Source: an uncultured virus (IMG/VR IMGVR_UViG_3300046103_003349) (lineage: Duplodnaviria; Heunggongvirae; Uroviricota; Caudoviricetes). From it: a DNA stretch of 20,000 bases. Shown here in pieces: positions 9,101-14,897 of the stretch. The stretch lies in the IMG/VR virus record IMGVR_UViG_3300046103_003349; one strand, written 5' to 3'. Each line of letters starts with the position of its first letter. Positions within the stretch are counted from its first letter, which is position 1. Both the position numbers and the translations under genes were made by a program. The notes beneath the pieces are model-generated. The model saw nothing but the letters and a program-made list of their open reading frames with translations. It had not been told where the DNA came from and ran no database searches.

Positions 9101-10630
9101 TGCTATGTTGTCAATAAATAATTTATAGAATAAATCGCTTTCTTTTATATCTATTAATTTTGATTGTCTAATTAATGCATCTTGCAATGCCTCTGACTCA
9201 TTTATAACATCTTCTGATACAATTATTGGTTTTACATCTTGCTCTTCAAATATCTTTGTTTTTTGAACAATAGATAATGATGGCTTATATAATTCTGCAT
9301 ATAATATATATTCGGATTTAGACAACAAACCTGCACTAACACCTTTACAAAACCCATATTGTTCTTTATTTGAATTCACAAAATATGCTTCATCATTTTT
9401 AGGATTAAAATATATGTCAATAGTTTCATCTTTATCATCCATATAAGTTGCACAGGTTAATGCAAAATACAAGTCATTACTACGAAGATTTATAAATATT
9501 TCATTTATTTTATCAAAATATAATTTAATTGATATAGCCTTAAAACCATTAACACTTTGCTTATATGTTGGCTCTTCTGACCAATATGTATCATAAAAAT
9601 TTCTTGATAAAATATTAAAAGGCTCTATACTATTAAGTATGTCTTTACCTTTGATTCCTGATACTTTTACAAAGTCTTTGTTATTTTCTAAATCCTTAAC
9701 AAAATTAGCCTTTTTAGATATTTCTTCTAAATCTTCTGCACTACATCTTTTTTCGGAAGAAACAGGAGATAAAGAAAATTTAGTAGCATTTTTGTTTATT
9801 GTATCTTTGCTTGTATATCCTCCTGTATAAAATGAAGTATCAACTTCAGTAGAAATTGAAAGAGGTGTGCATATGTAATCTTCAGATATTATTACCTCTG
9901 TTCTATCATTAACAATATATCCTTCTGCTTTATTTCTTTTGTATTTTATCTTAACACTATTTAAATCTTTATTTATAACTGCATCAAAAAATTTAGCTGT
10001 TTTTTCAATAGTATATTCTTCTAAATTAAGGTTTTTTGGGCATAATTGTTTCAAGATAATTTTAAAACTATCCTCATCAATAGAGCGATATTCTTTTAAG
10101 AAATTTATATCACTTGTTGCTATTGAATTAACTATTCCATACGGCAAAGAAACATAATTTATATTATTATAAATTTTATCATACATAGTAATGCTTTGCG
10201 ACTGAAAAGAAATATTCATCACCTTATAATTAATAAAATTAACTAATGCATCTACTATATTATTATATACTGCAACTTCTTTACTATATAATTTTTCAAT
10301 AAATTTTTTTACCTCAAGGTCTTTACTTCCCTCAAATGTTAATATTTTATCTTTAAAGTAATTATTTTTATTTTTACCCTTAGTGTCGGCAGTTAATTTT
10401 AACTCTTTCCAAAAAAAAGCATTTACTCCAAAGCTACCATCTACAAGTGATTCTCTACTATACTTTCCTGAACTTATAAAGGGAATACTATTTCCATTTA
10501 TAAAATTAGGGTTTTTAGCAATATATTTAGCTATGATATACATACCTTCATTTTTCAATAAAGTATCGCTATCAATTGTTTCGTTAACCTGAGTTATCTG
10601 TTTTCCTATGTAATCTAATATTTTTGCCAT
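3170..10630 (-). CDS. Large SF2 SNF2-type helicase/ATPase, DarB/COG4646-like, 2486 aa, with no recognisable fused methyltransferase domain
   Basis: Q-like LRDAQVEG; motif I GLLAHEVGFGKT (about 7499-7534); Ia VFTPNQV; II ICVDEIH (DEIH at 6221-6232); III LMSATP (about 5835-5850); V ILIGSSAIKEGIDL; VI QLEGRIWRQ (about 4317-4342). Middle-region YSSGDVYKKI (about 8642-8671) and LWNKTYNN resemble the YLSGNVxxKL and YNxxFN signatures of DarB-like proteins. Confidence 0.88.
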   Translation of the reverse strand: MAKILDYIGKQITQVNETIDSDTLLKNEGMYIIAKYIAKNPNFINGNSIPFISSGKYSRESLVDGSFGVNAFFWKELKLTADTKGKNKNNYFKDKILTFEGSKDLEVKKFIEKLYSKEVAVYNNIVDALVNFINYKVMNISFQSQSITMYDKIYNNINYVSLPYGIVNSIATSDINFLKEYRSIDEDSFKIILKQLCPKNLNLEEYTIEKTAKFFDAVINKDLNSVKIKYKRNKAEGYIVNDRTEVIISEDYICTPLSISTEVDTSFYTGGYTSKDTINKNATKFSLSPVSSEKRCSAEDLEEISKKANFVKDLENNKDFVKVSGIKGKDILNSIEPFNILSRNFYDTYWSEEPTYKQSVNGFKAISIKLYFDKINEIFINLRSNDLYFALTCATYMDDKDETIDIYFNPKNDEAYFVNSNKEQYGFCKGVSAGLLSKSEYILYAELYKPSLSIVQKTKIFEEQDVKPIIVSEDVINESEALQDALIRQSKLIDIKESDLFYKLFIDNIASFIYTYAEQVKVNGVLKWKNKINPNWSLDSSEGKVIKGKDGKEQWSNPDYFYIYDVREAFWMNNQEMSIEEVLAYFVTKGGSKKDNSSYFRKLSQRILGVDYFIFSDKLFPILLDKGYICIEKLSIATGTGQVTEKKYTYSYEYSSGDVYKKIEILNKELEDNIIEYYGDRRGNIIVDNQNYILTKSKPERLTFGDKNPSLNLMLNIHNPIFYADSEGFVGRVAKERGIFRDGKVRISTIENEIDTKYKNIELGGSSKKSQYNDFIKKNNLKISNNHLKKFYEWIVFGQGVDFISSPNLKQNEFYIVDGYIFPMSSAKFINKHILPKFEKIADEGQNTPCPLKFIETLGSQQKTFTLGNIYKKKNEKYQFSNLTEESRQNLIKIGLVDNKPKKSVEVKIKDPNDPEKTITKKQMFTPITEEEGKRIFSVIYDKYKKLESQIILEGNNLFTTFCKIQLTPEYRKNIEELWNKTYNNMAIANYSKFPIFCEHSRWFGSLPSPFLFSLRDAQVEGMKFAIANKNSGLLAHEVGFGKTTTSIAMISHMVLTGDSSRTIVFTPNQVYEKFADEIVGRDTTKTLGLLTNWQVIEKNKKDNKTDAIDIIKFGNASSNLLLNKDNKLKSFTDEELLIIQKWKGKGKVKGKKRTEDDKGVVEMAKDQLKNLPAFAPTFLPEDKRGNTNESRFTSAQLESDFNDWYDNFMVALSMKIPQIFYGDADATEEAVMGILNKIDKSAQKIYDEVNSEYLKFQSGYRYTISDFTGENKSKIVKYPQSIQNWWKKSKPKKDEPKLGKNDYPQKGWVSNLDDALLDGVINKSQYDRIKARETQLNLPWEGVLSQQGIKDIKIKESTLALKFFNPIDNKNSGKVTNLLKQIEGMLIDVLGEYDKRVLEPNKIILCNHEAISRFRADDEANVKAKMYIQNVDDESYVNTSTNRFYDEISNLPLSFKKLNLDGICVDEIHNFNNLITQPREQSLSNVPSIRGSSIDKQFHILPTMNASAILDKLPDGLKLTGAEQGLNVEEGTPYHNVENFNKPKTGSKPDSSYRLKYYSKSAKNLSTKPANLIALIFEIQAKEENKAVNNTILMSATPFTDNIFQMFSVFGMTNLDKMKESNISSVWDFFVTFVNEEWRFKITHKQTFGLFPEIQSYYNSGAMSNFIKAMANFKVSDKIIEADRPLKYYIPQDGTGGEYQAGANTSSVQWAKQLQDVSSYVPLSDIQTEILKKIALYVEGKIDIPFQYCPNYGDAIKIDEETQEIIFLNDEVKESIQVVDSLLTKAGLLKKKNKDENFKTEEEGSLEWEELLYEARALLVDLRLTYPQDKRIALKQSLVDKEILTPEEILDSEEDELLYNSNYKDMDLTANSKSEVKMARAIVGQGFGQMCVISPYLLKCDAEGEIPNDLLKDYPLYPNDISKSAKNFVENSPKIKYAIECAINTIKYDSKEGGINNREVGGQILYINRGKAFKYGGHYYNLYELIKTYIIDRNISYYDNITEKVGTITKENIGVITGAMSGQVKATDKFGKTELDEETKKDKKIGRREDIRDKFNDGRIKILIGSSAIKEGIDLNKRAHTLYILDSDFSPSNAMQLEGRIWRQKNMWEFVRIVYVLGIDSIDAFVYSKLQTKIGEIKKMLEAGVYELNKTQYTIDAKERIRNIITDVNQLTDLAWQDKVDELNSKVANFSDKKSKLESIKSKYGEVKDEFNSYVVLMNSLYSLVKYDEKKKIAEREKDKLDIQIIYDFKKESRGRGRDWKENNKPNLTSIDQAIEIVEQQAENGLIEFVNPDIILNTESDMVLVNTVGDSVRKMLKKDRGMIDNILDLTAYSLEDRKRELRSVNSESQLGFQMVKIILDHFKLFELKGRVFGYEMIVYEVNKFATGTEYQRVMSNYCYLVKNIIKNEEKGETYSFSDIDILITKAKNKVVEGRNELGSEKKWKIDNRIKEEESQLLKSKRRGDNLETLIDKFNNSMSLLKIRVK

Positions 10631-10632
10631 AA

Positions 10633-10875
10633 TTAATCGTTCAATGTTACCTCAATAGAAGAAATCGCATCTCCTATACTATAAACCCCCATTCCACTAT
10701 ATAAATTATTAATAATTGTTTCTATTAACTCTATTTTACTATTGTCATTTTTTATTTGCATACTTACATTGGGAAATTTCTCTGCATCCAATACCTTTAA
10801 ATTGTAAATAATTTTTGAAACAATATCTTTCTTTTGACTAATACTCTTTATACTATATAATTTTGGTAGTTTCAT
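10633..10875 (-). CDS. Hypothetical protein, 80 aa
   Basis: ATG start; 1-2 bp gaps to both neighbours in the same orientation. Confidence 0.75.
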   Translation of the reverse strand: MKLPKLYSIKSISQKKDIVSKIIYNLKVLDAEKFPNVSMQIKNDNSKIELIETIINNLYSGMGVYSIGDAISSIEVTLND

Positions 10876-10876
10876 A

Positions 10877-11134
10877 TTATTTTAAATATTCTTTTACTAT
10901 TTCACCATTATCATTTAATATCCAAAATTTATTATTTCCTGCACTACACAATGGTAATCTTTTTTTAAAGTCTTTATTTAATTCTATAATTTTTTTAACT
11001 CCTCCTTCAAAACCACCTGCTACTATTTCTTGTTCATTATATGAAACAACATCTTCTTTATCATTCGCTCTTAATAAACCCATAGTTAAATTCTCTGTGT
11101 TTACTATTCTAAAATTAGGTCCTATATATGCCAT
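10877..11134 (-). CDS. Hypothetical protein, 85 aa
   Basis: ATG preceded by an A-rich leader; fills the operon with gaps of 1 and 11 bp. Confidence 0.78.
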   Translation of the reverse strand: MAYIGPNFRIVNTENLTMGLLRANDKEDVVSYNEQEIVAGGFEGGVKKIIELNKDFKKRLPLCSAGNNKFWILNDNGEIVKEYLK

Positions 11135-11145
11135 TTTTTTATTTT

Positions 11146-11448
11146 TTAATTACAATTATTTTTTCCCTTTACCTCTGCTAAAATATCTATTGAAGAGTAA
11201 ATTCTTTCTATCTCTTCTTGGTCATTTGCAAAATTTAACCTGCTATATAAATTATTAATCTCATCATTTAAAAAGCTACAATGGGTTGAATCAATTACCA
11301 CCTTGATTGATGAGGGAACTCCCCTTTCATCAAATTCGTGTGAATAAACAAATTCTCCCGATGGAGTAAATTTATCTATTGTATCTCCTAAAGGTAGTTC
11401 AGGCTCACCCTCTTCATCTCCCGACTGATTAAACCAAAGTTTTTTCAT
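11146..11448 (-). CDS. Hypothetical acidic protein, 100 aa
   Basis: ATG 4 bp after the upstream stop; predicted helical C-terminal half. Confidence 0.78.
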   Translation of the reverse strand: MKKLWFNQSGDEEGEPELPLGDTIDKFTPSGEFVYSHEFDERGVPSSIKVVIDSTHCSFLNDEINNLYSRLNFANDQEEIERIYSSIDILAEVKGKNNCN

Positions 11449-11452
11449 ATTA

Positions 11453-12148
11453 TTATTTTTTAAATATTAATGCTTCATAAGATAAATACTTTAATTTTTT
11501 ATCTTTAAATTCTTTTACAATTTTCATACCTGCCAAATTCTCTAAATTTGACTTAGTGAAATCATTGTTAGGAGAATATAATACTACTAAATATCCATTT
11601 TCATTTACAAAATGTGAACCTCTTTTTATGTAATATTCAAGAGGGGACAAATCTCCAATTTTTTTATTATTATCTACTGATTTATAAAAACTCATTGCTT
11701 CATTTGGCTGAGTAATTACAATATTATATTTTTTTGATGTGTCAGTATTAAGGATTGCAAAATACTGAGATATATCTCTTTCTGCTGAAAAAAACATTCC
11801 TTTATTTTCCCTGTCCTGACATACTAAATCTGTTATTCTTTTACATACATAGTCTAAGTTAAAAGCAGTAATATTACTATTTTCAGGAGCCATATCTAAT
11901 ATTTTTCCTGCCCCACTATTCGTGTGCATTATACTAACTGTGCTTGGCAGGTTTTTATCTCCAATAGTAGAATAGTTAACTATTTGTTCTGCAAACCATT
12001 TCCATATGTCTTTTATTAAACTATTAGATAAGATAAAATCATCACAACCTGTATATCTTTTATAGTAAGACAAATCATATTCAGAAGCATAAAATTCTGA
12101 GGGTAATGTCTTAATTATTTTTTCTATATTTAGATTTTCATCTACCAT
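11453..12148 (-). CDS. Degenerate N6-adenine DNA methyltransferase-fold protein (resembles the DarB N-terminal MTase domain), 231 aa
   Basis: Motif I-like IMHTNSGAGKIL (cf. LEPSAGxGxF); ITAFNLD (cf. GxE[IL]D); motif IV position YNIVITQPN (cf. FDxVIGNPPY); YYIKRGSHFVNENGYLVVL (cf. YFIxRxLxxLxxGGxLxxI). Motif order and spacing fit a gamma-class MTase. Confidence 0.65.
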   Translation of the reverse strand: MVDENLNIEKIIKTLPSEFYASEYDLSYYKRYTGCDDFILSNSLIKDIWKWFAEQIVNYSTIGDKNLPSTVSIMHTNSGAGKILDMAPENSNITAFNLDYVCKRITDLVCQDRENKGMFFSAERDISQYFAILNTDTSKKYNIVITQPNEAMSFYKSVDNNKKIGDLSPLEYYIKRGSHFVNENGYLVVLYSPNNDFTKSNLENLAGMKIVKEFKDKKLKYLSYEALIFKK

Positions 12149-12152
12149 ATCA

Positions 12153-13205
12153 TTATTTTGTTTTAACCATATCTATATACACCTCTTTGATATTATCATC
12201 ATCCCTAACCCATCCTGCATTGCTCTCAATTTGTTTCCTCTGACTTTTTGATGTAACCCAAATTTGTTTTGTAGGACCCCATTTTTTATACTCCTTAAAC
12301 TCTCTTTTTGGTATATCCATATCACTAAAAAATACTACACACATTTCATAGTCAGGATTTTCTTTTTGTTTAGTTCTTTCTATATCTCCAAGTTTTCTAA
12401 ATGCACCATCAAATGATGTACCTCCTCCTCCGTGATATATTAATCTATTAGTTACATCTTTTAAAGGAACTTCTTCATCAGGAACACCAAACTTAGGGTC
12501 ATTCTCATAATCTCTCATATTACAATCATTACAAACCCAAAATTGACCTGAATATTTTTTAGATAACTCAGGAATAAATTGAGATAATAATTCTAAAAAA
12601 GAAACCCCTCCATCAGTATATCTACTCATACTACCTGATTGGTCCATAAGTACAATAACTTCTTTGTCTTTTTTTATGACTTTGTTTTTTGCTTTTCTAA
12701 AAATGGCAAGTCCTTGAGATATATAAGTTTGTGCACCTTCATAGTCTAAATGTTTTCTTCCCATTTTAGGCAAACCTATCAAGTCCCCTAATCCTGCTTC
12801 AATTTCCGAGAACCATACAGGTTCACCACCTTCAATTTCAGGCAATTCTATATATCCTATATCCGTACCTTTTCCTTCTCCTGCTTGTGTTTCATATGGC
12901 ACAATGCTATCTCCTTCAGGGAAATCTATCTTATTACTTAATATTTCTTCTTTTATCTGCCTTACATTAAACTCAGCATCTCTAATGTCTTTTAAATCTT
13001 GAGCACTTAGTTCCTCTCCTTCTTTAAAAGCATTTTTTTCCATTGACCCACAAGATTGAGGCATTTCGGATGTAATTGGATTTAGGATTTTATTTTGTTT
13101 ATTAATATCTCCTTTAAGCCTATCTACAAGACTCTCAAGATTTTCATTTAATCCTGAAATTATATTATTATATTTTTCTATCTTGTCTTTATATTCCATT
13201 ACCAT
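12153..13205 (-). CDS. vWA (MIDAS) domain protein, similar to the C-terminal half of DUF2201-type vWA-peptidase proteins
   Basis: VIVLMDQSGSM (DxSxS at 12630-12644), GGGGTSF and VVFFSD. N-terminal coiled coil. The true start may be the ATG at 13199, which overlaps the upstream stop (TAATG). Confidence 0.85.
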   Translation of the reverse strand: MVMEYKDKIEKYNNIISGLNENLESLVDRLKGDINKQNKILNPITSEMPQSCGSMEKNAFKEGEELSAQDLKDIRDAEFNVRQIKEEILSNKIDFPEGDSIVPYETQAGEGKGTDIGYIELPEIEGGEPVWFSEIEAGLGDLIGLPKMGRKHLDYEGAQTYISQGLAIFRKAKNKVIKKDKEVIVLMDQSGSMSRYTDGGVSFLELLSQFIPELSKKYSGQFWVCNDCNMRDYENDPKFGVPDEEVPLKDVTNRLIYHGGGGTSFDGAFRKLGDIERTKQKENPDYEMCVVFFSDMDIPKREFKEYKKWGPTKQIWVTSKSQRKQIESNAGWVRDDDNIKEVYIDMVKTK

Positions 13206-13414
13206 TTATTTTGAGGACAAGATTGTCCACTTAAAAGAGTTTTTGCTTTTAATATACACCCACAAGTTAATTGATTACCATTACTATCATATTCAGGCTT
13301 TAATAATGTCCCACAAGTTAACCCCACTCCGTAGGTTTGCCTTACATAAGGGCATCTACTACATATGTTCAATCTGTCCTGTGCATTTAATCTTCTTGGT
13401 GTGTTATTCCACAT
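13199..13414 (-). CDS. Small Cys-rich putative metal-binding protein (DUF6171-like pattern), 71 aa
   Basis: RLNICSRCP...TCG...TCGCILKAKT...CPQNKW, six Cys; coupled to both neighbours. Confidence 0.8.
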   Translation of the reverse strand: MWNNTPRRLNAQDRLNICSRCPYVRQTYGVGLTCGTLLKPEYDSNGNQLTCGCILKAKTLLSGQSCPQNKW

Positions 13415-13415
13415 A

Positions 13416-14897
13416 TTATATTAATTTTTGTAATTCAGCTAATGCTTTATCTATGTTTGACATCTCTTCTCTTGTTAATTTTCCTTCGTGTTTGTTCTTT
13501 ATGTTTTTAAAATTATCAATTGAACTTTTAATTTTAACATTTAAGTTTATTTCTTCTATTTTTTCTTCTAACTCTTTTTTCCTTTTTAATTGCTCATCAG
13601 TCCAACTTATTTCTTCTTCTGACCCTTCTTTTTCAGAATCTTTATCTTCTGAACTATCTCCTTCCCCATCTTCTTTTTCTTTACTTTCTTTATCTTTTTT
13701 TGACCCCTCTTTTGTATCTTCTGAAACATTTTCATCTTCAGTTAATTCATCAGACCAAACTCCTTCTCCTTGATTGTTTCCATCTACACCTCCATTAATT
13801 AAATCCTCAAGAATTTCTTCTTTTTCTTTAATTATATCTTCAGGAGATTTATTACCACCATCTCCTTCTCCATCTTCTCCTTCTCCATCTTCTCCTTCTC
13901 CATCTTCTCCACTATCATCTCCTCCTGCCTGTGGAGAGCCATCATCACCATCATCTCCATATTCCCCTTGCTCCCCCTCTTCATCAGGAACGGCTGATAT
14001 TATTTCTTTCTCAGTATAAATACCTAAGTATTCACCACTCTTTACAAATCTCATCCCTTGTGCTCTTTGATTTTCAACTTCTTCTAAAAAACTTGCAAAT
14101 TCTTCATCTGAAATACCTTCAATAATAAAATCCCCTTTTTCATCAATATCTACTATAATGCCCGGCTCTCCTTTATATTCTGAAGATTTTTTATCTATTA
14201 TAACATAATCTCCCACTTCAAAACTATCTTTTTTGTTGTCATCAGGCTTTTTATCAATGTTATCTTTCTTTTTTCTTTCGTTAGCTTTATTAAACTTATT
14301 TGCTATTATAAACCATTCAGGAACATATGGAGTTTCTTCATTATATGGTAAATCAATTTTAGGAAATTGTGATTCAGGAACTAATAATTCAACCTCTTTG
14401 TCTTTAAAATATAAACATTTATAAACTTGAGATAATGCTTCTCTGTCAAGTTGGTCATTTATTCTAATGTCCATACAACAATTACTATTTCTTACTTTAC
14501 TAAAAGGCATTTTCAACAAACAATCTCCTCTTAAAATGTGTCCCATTTCGTGTCTAAAAGCAGCCTTCATACTTGGCTCCCAAAAACACATATATTTTGT
14601 GTAAGTAGGATAGCCTATATAAAAAACTTTTCTTTCTCTTGAGTATGCTGAATAAAATGTTGTAGCAGATGGGTCATAGTATAGGTCTACCGATGTAGGA
14701 ATCATTCCTGCTTTTCTAATTAATGGTTCAAGAGTAAGAATTCTAAATTCATCATCTATTCTTTCAATTGATTTGGCTATTCTTGAAGAATTATTTTTTA
14801 TAACACTAAATTTCTTAGTTCCAATATCTTCTTTTACACTTTTGATATAAAATTCCCAAAATTGATTCCAATCATTATAATACTTATGCTCAATCAT
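13416..14897 (-). CDS. Zincin-like HEXXH metallopeptidase (similar to the DUF2201 N-terminal half) with a KOW/SH3-like module and acidic linker, 493 aa
   Basis: FRHEMGHILRG (HEMGH at 14538-14552) followed by NxxMDIRIN; FEVGDYVII...YKGEPGIIVDID; D/E/G-rich linker. The start overlaps the AAA stop (TAATG at 14897). Confidence 0.82.
   Translation of the reverse strand: MIEHKYYNDWNQFWEFYIKSVKEDIGTKKFSVIKNNSSRIAKSIERIDDEFRILTLEPLIRKAGMIPTSVDLYYDPSATTFYSAYSRERKVFYIGYPTYTKYMCFWEPSMKAAFRHEMGHILRGDCLLKMPFSKVRNSNCCMDIRINDQLDREALSQVYKCLYFKDKEVELLVPESQFPKIDLPYNEETPYVPEWFIIANKFNKANERKKKDNIDKKPDDNKKDSFEVGDYVIIDKKSSEYKGEPGIIVDIDEKGDFIIEGISDEEFASFLEEVENQRAQGMRFVKSGEYLGIYTEKEIISAVPDEEGEQGEYGDDGDDGSPQAGGDDSGEDGEGEDGEGEDGEGDGGNKSPEDIIKEKEEILEDLINGGVDGNNQGEGVWSDELTEDENVSEDTKEGSKKDKESKEKEDGEGDSSEDKDSEKEGSEEEISWTDEQLKRKKELEEKIEEINLNVKIKSSIDNFKNIKNKHEGKLTREEMSNIDKALAELQKLI
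13861..13910. repeat. 15-bp tandem repeat (TCTCCTTCTCCATCT x3.3) encoding (GEDGE)n acidic linker
   Basis: Exact units at 13861-13875, 13876-13890 and 13891-13905, plus a partial unit. Confidence 0.9.

Noticed and set aside
3170..10630. Inteins in the helicase (or the AAA ATPase)
   Set aside because: No splice-junction residues or homing-endonuclease motifs recognised in the insertions.
3170..12148. Canonical type I/IIG/III restriction-modification system
   Set aside because: No intact NPPY/DPPY MTase, no specificity subunit and no PD-(D/E)xK nuclease motif recognised; the helicase signatures fit DarB/SNF2-like proteins.
13861..13910. Tandem repeat as a CRISPR array, collagen repeat or DGR element
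   Set aside because: Contiguous in-frame 15-bp units without spacers, encoding an acidic GEDGE linker; no G-X-Y periodicity and no cas or RT gene.
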